DNA from: the human T2T-CHM13v2.0 reference genome, Homo sapiens
Strand: one strand, 5' to 3'
Length of the DNA: 64,000 bases
Assembly: GCF_009914755.1 (NCBI RefSeq)
Contig: NC_060938.1
The translations under genes were made by a program, and so were the position numbers. The notes below the pieces were generated by a model. The model saw only the letters and a program-made list of their open reading frames with translations, was not told where the DNA came from and did no database searches. Shown here in pieces: positions 1-25,144 of this stretch; positions within the stretch are counted from its first letter, which is position 1; every line of letters begins with the position of its first letter.

Positions 1-1881
<1,881 letters not shown>

Positions 1882-2303
1882 ATGTCATTTATTTTGATCT
1901 CTAAGTCACGTTTAGAGGCTTTTCTCAGATGTATGATAATCCTTGGATGTCTGCTTATGACTAAGAGTAGAGGACTAAAAAGCCATTTGGAAGATCTGAG
2001 CACATGGTTTACAGGATTTTTAGACTTTGAGATTCACTGCAGGGTATTCTACATGGGCAATTTGTTGGGAAACCTCTTAAACCTATATCCTGGGGATTGT
2101 CAGATTCTCCAGAAAAGAGTCTTCTAAAATTTCTGCATGGAGAGTAAAGATTTGGGTGCCAGTGTTTTGAAAGCCCAGTGGAGAGAAAAGGCAGGGGATT
2201 ATTCCAGCATTCAGTAATCACACACTCACGTAATCCCCATTTTCAAGAGACTACTCTTGCCTTAATTTGGCCTAGTATTCCCTGTATAGAAATTCTTTGT
2301 TTT

Positions 2304-2945
<642 letters not shown>

Positions 2946-3548
2946 TTAGACTTCTGCTAGGATGGGAGAAGGAATCTAGGAATCTAGATTTGCAAGGATT
3001 TATGTAAGATAAACTCCAAGAAGTGAGATTGCTGGATTGAAGAGTACGTACATTTTAGATTTTGATTAGTTATTGCCAAATTGTTCTCTGTTGCGCTTGT
3101 AACAGTTTTACACCAACAGCAATAATATGCATATTTGTTTCCTAATACCTTGTAAACAGTTATCAAACTTTTTGACTGTGAAAATATTTAGCCAGGTACA
3201 GTGGTTCACGCCTGTAATCCCAGTACTGTGGCAGGCTGAGGTGGGATCAGTTGAGCCCAGGAGGTCAAGGCTGCAGTGAGCCATGATTGTGACCCTCCAC
3301 TCCAGCCTGGGTGACAGAGCAAGACCCTGTCTTAAAAAGAAAAAAAAGAAAAATTTATCTGATTCTAAAAAAAATTTTTTAGAGATGGGGTCTCCCTATG
3401 TTGTCTAGGCTAGCCTAGAACTTCTGGGCTCAACTGAAGCTCCTGCCTCAGCCTCCTGAGTGGGTGGGATATAGGCACCTGCCACTGAGCCCAGCTTAAC
3501 TGTTATTTTAATTTGTATTTTTCTTAAGTTTAAGACCGAGCATCTTTT

Positions 3549-3841
3549 TTTTTTTTTTGAGATGGAGTCTTGCTCTGTCGCCCAGGCTAGAGTGCAGTGG
3601 TGCCATCTCGTCTCACTGCAAGCTCTGCCTCCCGGGTTCACACCATTCTCCTGCCTCAGCCTCCTAAGTAGTTGAGACTACAGGTGCCCGCCACCACGCC
3701 CAACTAATTTTTTTTGTATTTTTAGTAGAGACAGGGTTTCAACGTGTTAGCCAGGATGGTCTCGATCTCCTGACCTCGTGATCCACCAACCTTGGCCTCC
3801 CAAAGTGCTGGGATTAGAGGCATGAGCCACTGTGCCCGGCC
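3549..3841 (-). mobile_element. AluY-type element with 17-bp TSD
   Basis: AAGACCGAGCATCTTTT at 3532-3548 and 3842-3858; GCAAGCTCTGCC...GGTTCACACCATTC diagnostics. Confidence 0.9.
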
Positions 3842-3995
3842 AAGACCGAGCATCTTTTAATGGTGGAGAGAGTTGTGTTTCTGTTTTGTTCCTGTTTGCT
3901 CAGATCCTTTGTCCATTAGATTTTTAGCCTTTCTTTTATTGATTTCTAGGAGTGCTTTATTCTTTTTCCAGTTTGTTGTTTGTTGATCTTGCTTA

Positions 3996-5860
3996 TCATG
4001 GCAGTGGCCACTGCACCAGCCACAGCGGGGAGGTGCAAGCAGTGGCGGCAGGGGCAGCTGCGGGAGCAGGAATGGTGGCAGTGGGTCCCCTGTGCTCCAC
4101 GTTCCCGAGGCAGGTGACTGTGCTGCCCCCACCCTTGCATGGTCAGGTGAGACCTGTTCCCAGGCCTGGAGCCTCTGCTGCTCTGGACCCTGGCCCCGTG
4201 TCACCACTCTAGCCTACTGCCACTGCGGAGAGGGCATGGGGAGGAGGTAGAGCTGTGCCTGGGGCAGTTCCATGAACCACAGAGCCAGCAGGAGCCAGGG
4301 ACAAGCTGGACCCTCCCCAACACTCCCTGCCCTCCACAGAACCCACCACCCTGGGCGCTGCCACAATGGGGCTGGGCACAGAGAAGCAGTTGGGCATGGG
4401 GTGGGCAGGCAGAAAGGGGCCCATTGAGGACCTGGAGCCCCTGCCCCAGGCTGCCTGCAAGCTCCATGCAGTGGTGGGAGCCCCACCCTCCCAGGTGTAG
4501 GATCTGGGCATCTCTGCACTCTGTGCCCTCAGGGCACAGGCTTGGGGGTGTCTGCTTCTGCTGCCTGGCCTCTCCCCACTCCTGGCACCCACTCCGATCT
4601 CAGAGTGGCATGGGGGTTGAGCCTGGGCGCTGTCCCAGCCTGGCTGGGTGTGCACCCGCTCAGTGCAGCACTAACATGTCAACCTCCCTCTTTGGACTTT
4701 TGGTAATGAGGAGCATGGGAGAGACGCCAAGGGGGGTGCTAAGGGCAGCTCGGCACTGGCCTGCAGGCACCCCTCAGCAGGAACAGCCTGGGTGCCGTGA
4801 AAAGTTGTAGGAAGTAGACCGGCTCCAGGGTGGAAAGGGGTGGGTCCCCAGTGAAGCACCACCTTCAGGCCAGGGAGGGCCTGAAGGCTGGGGGCCAGGT
4901 TGCCAGTCCCATGGACTGGAGTGGGAATTTGTGGTGCCTTTTCCAGGCCCACTTATGGCCACCCATGGACCAATCAGTGTGCACTTCCTCCCCTCTGAGG
5001 CCCATAAAAGCCCAGGACTCAGCCAGAGCAGAGCTGAAGACAGGATGACCAGCTGCAGAGATGAGCTACCCTCCACGCTAGGAGCTAAACACTCCTCGGG
5101 ATGACCTGCTTAGCAGAGAGGAGCTACCCTCTTTGCTAGGAGCTGAACACCCCCCAGCTGCAGAAAGGAGCTACCTCCTCCAGGTCTCCTCGGGGCGGTT
5201 CTACCACTCAATAAAGCTCCTCTTCATCTTGCTCACCCTTCACTTGTCTGCATACCTCATTCTTCTTGTTCACAGGACAAAAACTCAGGACCCACCGAAT
5301 GGCGAAACTAAAAGAACTGTAACACAAACAGGGTTAAAACATGCCCACTGCTCACCACGTTGCGGGCGAAGAGAAGGAGAGAAGAGCTGTGGCCCTTTGG
5401 GAAGCCCAGACCTGGGAGACCTGGGAGCTCCCTGAGCCAGGGTTTTGAGTCTCTCTTTGGGGCCCTGCAGTTCCTGGTGTCTCCAAGCTTCTAGGCACCA
5501 CTGCATTCCCCAGTGCCAGCTGGGGAAGCTGCTTGCGATGTCCCTGGTCCAGCTGCAGCCTTGTAGAGAGCCATTGCCTGTGCTGGCACCTGGAGCTGCC
5601 TGCTCCATGGCAGCAGCTGGCATGTCTGACTGCACAGTGGCTGGACTCCACGCTCGTTCATACACCCCTCACTGCTCCATGCCTGACTTACAGACTCCCC
5701 TGGAGGCATAGGATCCAGGCTGGTAGCATGAGCCAAGCACAGCCTGCCAGGCTGAATGGGCAGAATGAGCCCAGTGAGCCCAAGCAAAATTCAGACAAGG
5801 GTGCCACCAGCCACAGAGGTTTCTAGCCAGAAAAATGATAACCCCTAAGGTCCTGCAACA
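3996..5860 (+). mobile_element. Solo ERV1-class LTR, MER52-like (~1.87 kb)
   Basis: Begins TCATGGCAG (TG>TC), ends GCAACA; 4-bp TSD CTTA at 3992-3995 and 5861-5864; CCAAT 4970, CATAAAA 5003, AATAAA 5210; GAGCTACCC repeats recalled from the MER52/LTR1 group. Confidence 0.8.
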
Positions 5861-6019
5861 CTTATAGTGGTTTATCAGATAAAAAACCACTTTTTAATGT
5901 GATCACGATTTATTTTATGGCTTTCAAATTTTGTGTCATATTAGAAAGAATGTCCATACTCTGAGATTAAAAATGTCTCCCCTTCATTACTTCTATTACT
6001 TATTTTTTTTTTTAATTGA

Positions 6020-6169
<150 letters not shown>

Positions 6170-6461
6170 TAGATGATTACCCAGCAATCCTAATCCTATT
6201 TATTGAACATTCATCTTTTACCTACAGATTTTAAATAATATTAATAACATTTTAAAAATCACATACAAAATTCTTAGGTGTATTTGAGTTTGTTTCTGGA
6301 TTTCTCATTCTGTTCTATACATGCCTGTGCAACAACTACATGTTTTGTTATATATTTTAATATTTGACAGAGCTGATTCCCCTGCCTACCCCTCCCCATA
6401 CATTCTTTTTAGAATTCCTCTGACTCTTCTTGCTTTTCCTTCCTTTTTTTTTTTTTTTTGA

Positions 6462-6590
<129 letters not shown>

Positions 6591-7008
6591 TGACACCACA
6601 CCCATCTAATTTTTGTATTTTTAGTAGAGATGAGGTTTCACTATGTTGCCCATGCTGGTTTCAAACTCCTGAGCTCAAGCGATCCACCCTCCTCGCCTCC
6701 CAAAGAGCTGGGATTACAGGTGTGAGCCACTGCGCCCAGCCTCTGTTCTTGCTTTTTTACTTTTTCCACTTGAACTTTGAAGTAATATTGCCTAGTATCC
6801 AAACTATCCAAACTTAGTTTGTAATTTAATGAAATCACATAAAATTTATAGACTAACTTAGGAAGAACACCTTTATGATGTTGAGTTTTTCTACTCAAGA
6901 ACATGGTGTGCCTTTCCATGTATTTAATTGTTCTTCTGAGTCCTTCAATAGCATTTTAAAATTTTCATCATAAAGATCTAGCACAGTTCTTATTAAGTAT
7001 ATTCTTAG

Positions 7009-7404
<396 letters not shown>

Positions 7405-8419
7405 TAGAATTCATAGCAGTAATCCGTGGAATGATATTTTGTTTTGAGGGAGTGTCTATATGATCCATAAAGTTGTATGCAAAATTTGGTATGCATATAC
7501 ATTTGGGTTGGAGAATGAAATTAAAAGCTTTCCTGAAGTTTCCTAAGGGGTATGTTATGCTATAAAAACTTAAGAATCACTTATCACACCAAAAAGATAT
7601 TAAGCTTTATGTTATTAAATCAAGTTAAAAAGTAATAATTATAGGGCTACTTAGTTTTATTAGAATACAGACTGGGTGTGGTGGCTCATGCCTGTAATCC
7701 TAGCACTTTGGGAGGCTGAAGCAGGAGGGTTGCTTGAACCCAGGAGTTCGAGACCAGCCTGGGAAACACAGTGGGACCCCATCTCTGCAAAAGATAATTC
7801 GCTAGGCATGGTGGCATGTGCCTGTAATTCCACCTACTCAGGAGGCTGAGGTGGGAGGATCACTTGAGCTTGGGAGGATGAGGGTACAGTGAGCTGTGAT
7901 CATGCCACTGCACTCTATCCTGGGTGATGAAGCGAGACCCTGTCCCACCCTCCCCCACGAAAAGAATACAGATGATTATGGGAGTCATTTACATTTAAAG
8001 ACTTTTGTTTGATTACCATATATTTATATAGTACATTACCATTTACAAAGAGATTTTATATATTTTGTCTTTTGAACTTTTGACACACATAAGAAATACG
8101 TATTACTCTAACTTTAACACAAGAAAATAGATTTAGAGAGGTTACTCTCTAAAAAGTGAAAGTGTTAGTAAGTAATGAAGTCAGTTCTCAAACTCAGAGT
8201 TTAATAAAACCTATTTTGTTATAGGTATATACAAATTTTACCTTTTTAGGCCGGGTGCGATGGCTCACACCTGTAATCCCAGCACTTTGGGAGGCTGAGG
8301 CGGGCCGATTACCTCAGGTCAGGAGTTCGAGACCAGCCTGGCCAACATGGTGAAACCCTATCTCTACTAAAAATACAAAAATTAGCGTGGCGGTGGGCGC
8401 CTATAATCCCAGCTACTCA

Positions 8420-8512
<93 letters not shown>

Positions 8513-8582
8513 CTAGACTCAGTCTCAAAAAAAAAAAATTTCTGCTTTTCAGAAAATGAAATATTATACATACTAATCTGCA

Positions 8583-8618
<36 letters not shown>

Positions 8619-8630
8619 ACACACACACAC
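8583..8630. repeat. Interrupted (CA)n microsatellite
   Basis: Directly visible CA run with TA interruptions. Confidence 0.95.
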
Positions 8631-9888
8631 GTAAAGTTGAGACAGGGTCTTGCTCTGTGGCCCAGGCTGGAGTGCAATGGTGTGATCATGACTCACTGCA
8701 GCTTCAACCCCCTGGGCTTAAATGATTGATGCTCCTGCCTCAGCCTTCCAAAGTGCTAGGATACAGGTGTGAGCCACCACACCAGGCCTGTATTTTTCAT
8801 TTAATATATTTTGGATATGTTTTCATGTCAGTATATGTAAGTTTATGAATTCATTGTTTAACAGCTGTAAAGTATGTCATTTCCATAATTTATTTATTGA
8901 ATTCTCTATTGATGGGTACTTAGATTATTGCCAATTTTTCACTATTAAGAACAATGCTTTGGTGAAAATCCTTATACACATAATCTTTGTACATTTATGC
9001 GGGTAAATTCCTAGAACTTGAGTTGAGTCAAATCACATAACTACAATAAGTATTTTGACAGAAATGATCAAATTGCCCTCCAAATAAATAACAGCAACTT
9101 GCATTCTCACTAATGGAAAATCAAAATGCCTGTTTTTTTTCTCACCAAGTATGTGAACCCATCCTGTTTCTTAATACTTGTGCCAACATTAACATCTGTG
9201 CTAACACTATTATCAATTTTATATTGATAATTGATATTTTCCAATGTGATAGTAAAAAATAGTTTCAATTTGCATTTCTTTAGTTATTAGAAAACAATGA
9301 GCACCCTGGAGTGGGGAAATTCTTTCTAGGCATGACAGGAAACTCAGAAGTCATCAACAAAAATCCTAATGAATGCAACTTTTGTGAATTGCTTGCTTAT
9401 GTCCTTTGCCTATTTTTTTCTACTGGGTTTTCTTTCTAATTGCTCGAAATAAGTTTTTATTATTAAGGATGTTAATCCCTTGCCATATGTGTTGTGAATA
9501 TTTTTTCCAAGGTTGTTGTCTTTTCATATGGTGTCTTGTGCCATGCAAGACATAAAATAAAAATATCCTATGGCTTCTGAATTTTGGGCTATGTTTAGAA
9601 AAGCTTTCCTCACTTCAAGATTATAAATATATTTATTCAAGTCATTTCTTTCTCTTATGGTTATTTTTTATATTAAAATCTTTGCTCTATCTGGAGTTTA
9701 TTTTGGAGTGAGGAGGGAAGTAGGAATCCAATTTTAAAATTATAAATGGTTAGTTGGTTGTTCCAATACCTCTTCTTAAATTAATCCTGCCATCTCTATC
9801 ATATGTCCATTTTTATTGGGGTCTAATTCTGTACTTATTCCATTTTAGGAAAAGGATCTGTTTAAAGACTTTTTTTTTTTTTTTTTGA

Positions 9889-10047
<159 letters not shown>

Positions 10048-10181
10048 TAGTAGAGACGGGGTTTCACTGTGTTAGCCAGGATGGTCTTGATCTCCTGATC
10101 TTGTGATCCACCTGCCTCGGCCTCCCAAAGTGTTGGGATTATAGGCGTGAGCCACTGTGCCCAGCTTAAGAGGTTTTATAA

Positions 10182-10629
<448 letters not shown>

Positions 10630-10694
10630 TAAAATTCTGTTGATTTTGATTTGGCCTGAATTCAACTTACACACTGATCCAGACAGAACTGTCA

Positions 10695-10832
<138 letters not shown>

Positions 10833-11763
10833 TTAGCCGAGCGTGGTGGTAGGCCCCTGTAATCCCAGCTACTTGAGAGGGTTAGGCAGAATTGCTTTAA
10901 CCTGGGAGGCAGTAGTGAGCCAAGATCACAACCACTGCACTCCAGTCTGGGCAACAGAGCGAGACTCGGTCTAAAAAAAGAAAGACAAAAAACAAAAACA
11001 AAAACAAAAAACCCTGTCATTTCTACAATGTTGAGTCTTGTTACCTAAGAATGAGGTGTTTTAATTATTTTGTTTCTTCAGAATTTAAGAGTGCTCTTCA
11101 AGTAGTTTCTAAAAACTTTGTGGTTTTTTTTTTCTTTTTTTTTTAAGAGATTGCATCTCACTATGTTGTCCAGGCTGGTCTCAAACTCCTAGCCTCAAGG
11201 GATCCTCCCGCCTTGGTCTCCTACAGTACTAGGATTACAGGCATAAGCCACTATGTCCAGATAGTTTATGAACATGTTCTAAATATATTCAGAGAAACTG
11301 TGTGGTTCATCTCAGGGGGCACCATTCACACTGCAGTCAATGAAATTAAAGGCACCCCCCACTTCCCTGTGAGATGTATACTAGCAACCGTGTTTTTTTT
11401 AATTGAGACAGGGTCTCATTCTGCCAACCTAGGCTGGAGTGCAGGGGTGTAAACATGGCTTACTACAGCCTCAACCTCCTGGGCTCAGGCAATGATCCCA
11501 CCTCAGCCTCCCCAGCAGCTGGGACTACAGGTGTGTGCCACCACACCTGGTTAATCTTTAAATTTTCTGAAGAGATGGCGCCTCCCTCTGTTGCCCAGGC
11601 TCCTCATGAACTCCTGGCCTCTGCCTCCCAAAATGCTGGGATTACAGGCGGAAACTACCACGTCCAGCCTATTTATCTTATTTTGTTATTGTGAATGTGA
11701 CATTTTCTTCCATTATACTTAAATTAGTTACTATTTGACAGAGAAAGTAGAGACAGTTATTGA

Positions 11764-12154
<391 letters not shown>

Positions 12155-12625
12155 TAGCTATATCCCCCAGGCTGGAGTGCAGTGGCACTATCATGATTCA
12201 CAATGTAAACTTGAACTCCTGGCCTCAAGCAATCCTCCTGCCTCAGCCTCCTGATTAGCTGGAATTACAGGTGTATACCACCATGCTTGGCTTCTTATTG
12301 TTTCTTACAGTTCTTCAGTTGATCCTCTTAGATTTCCAACATCTAATCATATATAAATAATAATTTCATTTAAAACTTTTATGTACTATACTGTCACAAT
12401 ATTAAATAATGTGATCATGAATAGAATTTATGTTATGTCTTTTGACCTTAAGTCCAGTGCTCTTTTTTGAGTATATATTCAATCCACTAAATAGTTATTG
12501 AGCACCAACAATCTATAAAGCATTGCTATAGATGAGAAAGACATGGTAAAAAGAAAAATCATTCAGTGCCCACATTCATAATCTTTATTTATTTTTTTGA
12601 GATGAAGTCTCACTCTGTTGCCTAG

Positions 12626-12790
<165 letters not shown>

Positions 12791-14087
12791 TAGGCTGGTC
12801 TCCAACTCCTGGGCTGAAGTGATCCGACTGCCTCAGCCTCCCAAAGTGCTGGGATTACAGGCATGAGCCACTGTGCCCAACCTCATAATCTTTTCTTATC
12901 CCAACAAACAGATCTAGAGCCACAATAAAAACCCAGTTGATAATTCTTGCAATGTTAAAACCTATCCAGCAAATTCAATATTCTATCCTACTAAACTGAA
13001 ATGTGACCATATGCAAAAATTATTCTCCAAGGACAGGAGTGTTTCGTTTTTGTTATTTTTTAGGAAGAGGGAAGCAGAATGAGCTGGGACTAAGGAAGTG
13101 AGTGAACAATGGGCATGCTAAGTAGATATTTACCTGAAAGCCAAATACATAAAATAAACAAGGGGCTGAATCTCCCCCGCTCAGAAAGCTAGAAGCAGAG
13201 CTTTCTGAAAGCATGAGTAATGTGACCTAAGGCAGAGTTTAACCTCAGGGGGAAGGTATAAGAAAAGAAAGCATGCATGAGCATATTTTTAAGTCTGTGA
13301 ACTGCAATCGTGTGTAGCGAACAACCTAGTGAGATGAGACAGCAATGTAATAAATGTCATAATAAAGTTAAGTATTAACATAAGGTGCTAAAAGAGAATC
13401 TTTCTCAAAGGTGAGTCACTCATTTGGCAAGTGTGTATTGAGTACCTATTGAATGTCAGGCCCCAATCTACACACGACATGCCAAACAAAAATAGGCAGG
13501 ATCCCTATTATAAGCTTACGGTCTACTGAGGGAGGTGGCTTTTATTTAAGAAAACATATAAATATGTGTGTGTATGATGTATATATTATTAGAAATTGTG
13601 CTAAGTGCTATACGGGAAATAATTCCATGAGAAAATAAGGTGACATAACTTACATTTGGGGCCTCAGGGAAAGCCTCTCTGAGAAGGCAGCCTTTAAGTT
13701 GAAAAGTGAGGGATGAATAAGCAGAGAGCATACCAGGCAGGAGTGATTTTTGGAGTGAAGTCTTCTGGGATGAGCGGCCTTCTATTCCCTCTGATGAACA
13801 GAGAGGAAAGGGAATCTCACTTATGCAAAAGCATGAAAGCACAGGTGTGACAGGTATGAGGAACTACAAGTTACCATAGCTCAGTAAGGGGACACGTGGA
13901 CATGGAAACACCAGGAAAAGAGAAAAACAAAACGCAAAAATATGAAGAAGATGGAAGAGGAACAAACTAGAAATCCAATTCAGTATGTGTTGATTATTTA
14001 CTATGTGCTTAGCAATATCTTAGGGGATTCTTAAAGCGGAAAAAGAATGGCTCCTCCTCTCAAGAAACTCGGAGTCTAAATGGGTAG

Positions 14088-14416
<329 letters not shown>

Positions 14417-15206
14417 GACTAGATTCTTTTAATATCATAAACTGTGTTTTTGTTTTCCCAATCAGTAACTCCTAAAATGAATTTTTAAATTAACAAATGA
14501 ATCTTACTTCCTGCCACAGGCCCCAGCTACTACTTTACAGCAATCTATGGCTAAAAATCACTGTTTTACTGGCTGCTTCTCAAAAGGCCAATAATGCTGA
14601 TGAGGCTCTTCAGAGAGTGAGAAGTACTTTTTTTTTTTTTTAAATCACCTCTTCATAGCCTCCTCCCAATAAGTACTTATAATTATATATAAGTAACACG
14701 TTAATTTTTTCTTTACATATAGCATACTAGCTCTTTAAAAAATCTCATCTTTCCTGTTTCAGGATCTCAGATAGAAAAAAGTTAGGAACTGTTATTGAGG
14801 CTATTAAGCTTGAACGTCCTTGCTCTAATCTTTGCAAAGATAAAACCCACAATGCTCATTAAGCTGCTTGGATAAGCTGTTGTTTTACTTCTTACTGGAG
14901 GAGCTTAACAATGAAAAACAAAGCTAGCATGAGTTCTATCTACAAAAAGTGATGTCCTAATTTGAATTCAGTTCTAACATACTGTAATAATTCAATTAGT
15001 TCTGTGACTGAGGCAGAATGTCCCAGCCTTATGACAGTTCTCTTATTTTCTTCCTGTATTTTCCCTTTATTACTATGGTTTGGAACCCACATTTCAGTCT
15101 TATCCCTAGAGTCTAAGATAATTAAAATAGCACACATGGAGTTATATTTATTTGAGGGGGTAGGAGACAGCTGTGACTCTTTCAAGGCTGGGACTGGAGA
15201 CAGTAA

Positions 15207-15509
<303 letters not shown>

Positions 15510-15757
15510 TAGGTGTGAGCCACCACACCAGCCATGTTTTGTTTTTAATTGGAGAAAGAAGCAATTCTATTAACAATTACCAACACACTGCCAAACTCTC
15601 AAGCAGAAATGAACATTGGTTCTTCTGTGCTGCTCTCTTCTTTGCTCAGCAGGCTCATACTACATGGGAGGAGGCAGTGCAGTGTGGGAGTCTGCCCAGG
15701 AGAAACAGTAACTTGCTGCTGGAGCAGGGTGTCCTAGAGGAGACCAGGAATTTGTTA

Positions 15758-16410
<653 letters not shown>

Positions 16411-16664
16411 GAGAAGAGGTACTTCTTCTTTTAACCTAGAAGAATAAGAATGGGTTCAGATAGAGATAAGAAGGGAGGTATAAGTTGGAAGGTAAGAAAT
16501 GAGAAAGGTTTATGCCTTACGGTGATTCCCAAGTTTTCTTGGTTCTCAGAGCCCTTAGTGTTTCAGAATTTCTTTATGGCGCTCCCTGGACCAATAGAAA
16601 AATCTAACAGTTCCATTTACCAGGTACAGTTCAAACAACCTAATAAGTAGTTATGCCTGGATAA

Positions 16665-16913
<249 letters not shown>

Positions 16914-17014
16914 TAACTGCACATATAATTCACCCAACGACTATTATTCAGTGGTTTCTGGTATATTCAGAACTGTGCAATTATCACCTCTAAAAGAAAC
17001 CCTGGGCTCATTAG

Positions 17015-17269
<255 letters not shown>

Positions 17270-17543
17270 TAGTAGAGACGAGGTTTCACCGTGTTGGCTA
17301 GGCTGGTCTCGAACCCCTGACCATGTGATCTGCCTGCCTTGGCCTCCCAAAGTGCTGGGATTACAGGCGTGAGCCACCACGCCCGACAACTACATTCCTA
17401 TCATAGCTGATTAATATTCCATTGTATGGATATACCACATTTTGTTTATCCATTCATTAGTTGATGGGCATTTGGTTTGTTTCCACTTTTTGGCTATTTT
17501 GAATAATGCCGCTGTGAACATTCACGTATAAGTTTTTGTGTGA

Positions 17544-17759
<216 letters not shown>

Positions 17760-18472
17760 TGAGGCTGGTCTCGAACTCCTGACCTCATGATCCACCTGCC
17801 TCGGCCTCCCAAAACGCTGGGATTACAGACATGAGCCACTGCGCCCGGCCGTGTGAATATGTTTTGATTTCTCTTGGGTATATACATACGATTGGAATTG
17901 CTGGGTCCTATGGTAACTGTTGAAACTTTTACGGAACTGCCAGACTATTTTCCATATTGGCTATATTACTTTTCCTTCCTATCTGCAGTACATGGGGGTT
18001 TAAATTTCTCCACATTCTCACCAACACTTGTTATTGTTTATCTTTTTGATTATAGCCATCCTAGTGTATATGAAGTGACATCTCCTTGTGGTTTTAATTT
18101 GCATTTCCCTGATGGCTAATAATGTTGTGAATCTTTTCACGTGCTCCCTGGCCATTTGTGTAACTTTGCAGAAATGTCTATTCAGATCCTTTGTCCATTC
18201 TCTTTTTTTGACAGGGTCTTGCTCTGTTGCTCAGGCTGGTGTGCAGTGGTGTGATCATAGCTCCAGTTTTATAGTTTTAATTCTTACATTTAGGTCTTTA
18301 ATTCATTCTGAGTTAATTTTTGTTTTTTTGAGACAGGGTCTCCCTCTGTTGCCCAGGCTGGAGTGTAGTGGTGCAATCACAGCTCACTGTAGCCTCAACC
18401 TCCTGGGCTCAAGTGATCCTCCTGCCTGAGCCTCCTAGGATTGCTAGAATACACCACCACGCTAATTTTTAA

Positions 18473-21925
<3,453 letters not shown>

Positions 21926-22004
21926 AGGATGACAGTAGAAACGTTAGACTGGAATGGAGAATTTATGCAGTAGGTAAGAAACAGGCTGAGAAGTGCTGGT
22001 GTAT

Positions 22005-23656
22005 CGTGTCAGAAATTGGTGGGTTCTTGGTCTCACTGACTTCAAGAATGAAGCCGCGGACCCTCGCAGTGAGTGTTACAACTCTTAAGGTGGTGCGTCT
22101 GGAGTTTGTTCCTTCTGATGTTCGGTTGTGTTCAGAGTTTCTTCCTTCTGATGGGTTCGTGGTCTCACTGGCTCAGGAGTGAAGCTGCAGACCTTCACGG
22201 TGAGTATTACAGCTCCTAAGGCAGCACGTCTGGAGTTGTTCGTTCCTCCCGGTGGGCTCGTGGTCTTGCTGGCTTCAGGAGTGAAGCTGCAAATCTTCGC
22301 GGTGAGTGTTACAGCTCATAAAAGCAGTGTGGACCCAAAGAGTGAGCAGTAGCAAGATTTATTGCAAAGGGAGAAAGAACAAAGCTTCTACAGTGCGGAA
22401 GTGAACCCGAGCGGGTTGCCAATGCTAGCTCGGGCAGCCTGCTTTTATTCTCTTATCTGGCCCCACCCACATCCTGCTGATTGGTAGAGCCGAGTGGCCT
22501 GTTTTGTCAGGCCGCTGATTGGTGCGTTTACAATCCCTGAGCTACATACAAAGGTTCTCCACGTCCCCATCAGATTAGTTAGATACAGAGTTTCCACACA
22601 GGTTCTCCAAGGCCCCACCAGAGCAGCTAGATACAGAGTGTCGACTGGTGCATTCACAAACCTTGAGCTAAACACAGGGTGCTGATTGGTGTGTTTACAA
22701 ACCTTGAGCTAGATACAGAGTGCCGATTGGTGTATTTACAATCCCTGAGCTAGACATAAAAGTTCTCCAAGGCCCCACCAGAGCAGCTAGATACAGAGTG
22801 TGGATTGGTGCACTCACAAACCTTGAGCTAAACACAGGGTGCTGATTGGTGTGTTTACAAACCTTGAGCTAGATACAGAGTGCCGACTGGTGTATTTACA
22901 ATCCCTGAGCTAGACATAAAGGTTCTCCAAGGCCCCACCAGAGTAGCTAGATACAGAGTGTGGATTGGTGCACTCACAAACCTTGAGCTAAACACAGGGT
23001 GCTGATTGGTGTGAGCCCAGCTGCCTTCACCTAGTGGATCCCGCACCGGGGCTGCAGGTGGAGCTGCCTGCCAGTCCTGCGCCGTGCGCTCGCATTCCTC
23101 AGCCCTTGGGTGGTCGATGGGACTGGGCGCCGTGGAGCAGGAGGTGGTGCTCGTCGGGGAGGCTCCGGCCGCACAGGAGCCAATGGAGTGGGTGGGAGGC
23201 TCAGGCATGGGGGCTGCAGGTCCCGGAGCCCTGCCCCGCGGGAAGGCAGCTAAGGCCCGGCGAGAAATCGAGCACAGCGCCGGTGGGCCGGCACTGCTGG
23301 GGGACCCAGTACACCTCCGCAGCCACTGGCCCGGGTGCTAAGTCCCTCATTGCCCGGGGCCAGCAGGGCTGGCTGGCTACTCCAAGTGCGGGGCCCGCCA
23401 AGCCCACGCCCACCCGGAACTCCAGCTGGCCCGCAAGAGCCGCACGCAGCCCCGGTTCCCGCTCGCGCCTCTCCCTGCACACCTCCCTGCAAGCTGAGGG
23501 AGTGGGCTCCAGCCTTGGCCAGCCCAGAAAGGGGCTCCCACAGTGCAGTGGGGGGCTGAAGGGCTCCTCAAATGCCACCAAAGTGGGAGCCCAGGCAGGG
23601 GAGGCGCCGAGAGCAAGCCAGGGCTCTGAGGACTGCCAGCACGTTGTAACCTCTCA
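22005..23656 (-). mobile_element. Full-length solo LTR12 (LTR12C-like, HERV9/ERV9 LTR), 1652 bp
   Basis: Minus strand starts TGAGAGGTTACAACGTGCTGGCAGTCCTC and ends CCAAGAACCCACCAATTTCTGACACG; 4-bp TSD GTAT (22001-22004, 23657-23660); tandem CCAAT-containing U3 repeats at ~22480-23010. Confidence 0.93.
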
Positions 23657-23833
23657 GTATGACTTAAATTGTGTGGGTATTTCAAATAATTGAAAGTTTT
23701 TGGACAAAAGAATATGTAATGTCTAAAGCACTGTTTTTAGAAAATTATTTTGGTAGTTGTTTAGAAGGAATTAATGCACAAAACCATCATAATGATTCAA
23801 GTTTGAAATGAAAAAATAATTCATAAGGTTTAG

Positions 23834-25144
<1,311 letters not shown>

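Noticed and set aside
3857-5890. Many overlapping ORFs on both strands
   Set aside because: They fall inside the GC-rich MER52-like LTR; no gag/pol/env similarity recognised.
22560-23012. Regularly spaced repeats resembling a CRISPR array
   Set aside because: These are the tandem U3 repeats of LTR12 in eukaryotic DNA; the intervening sequences are not unique spacers.
23034-23693. 219-aa ORF and overlapping ORFs
   Set aside because: They lie in the GC-rich part of LTR12; stop-poor composition explains them.
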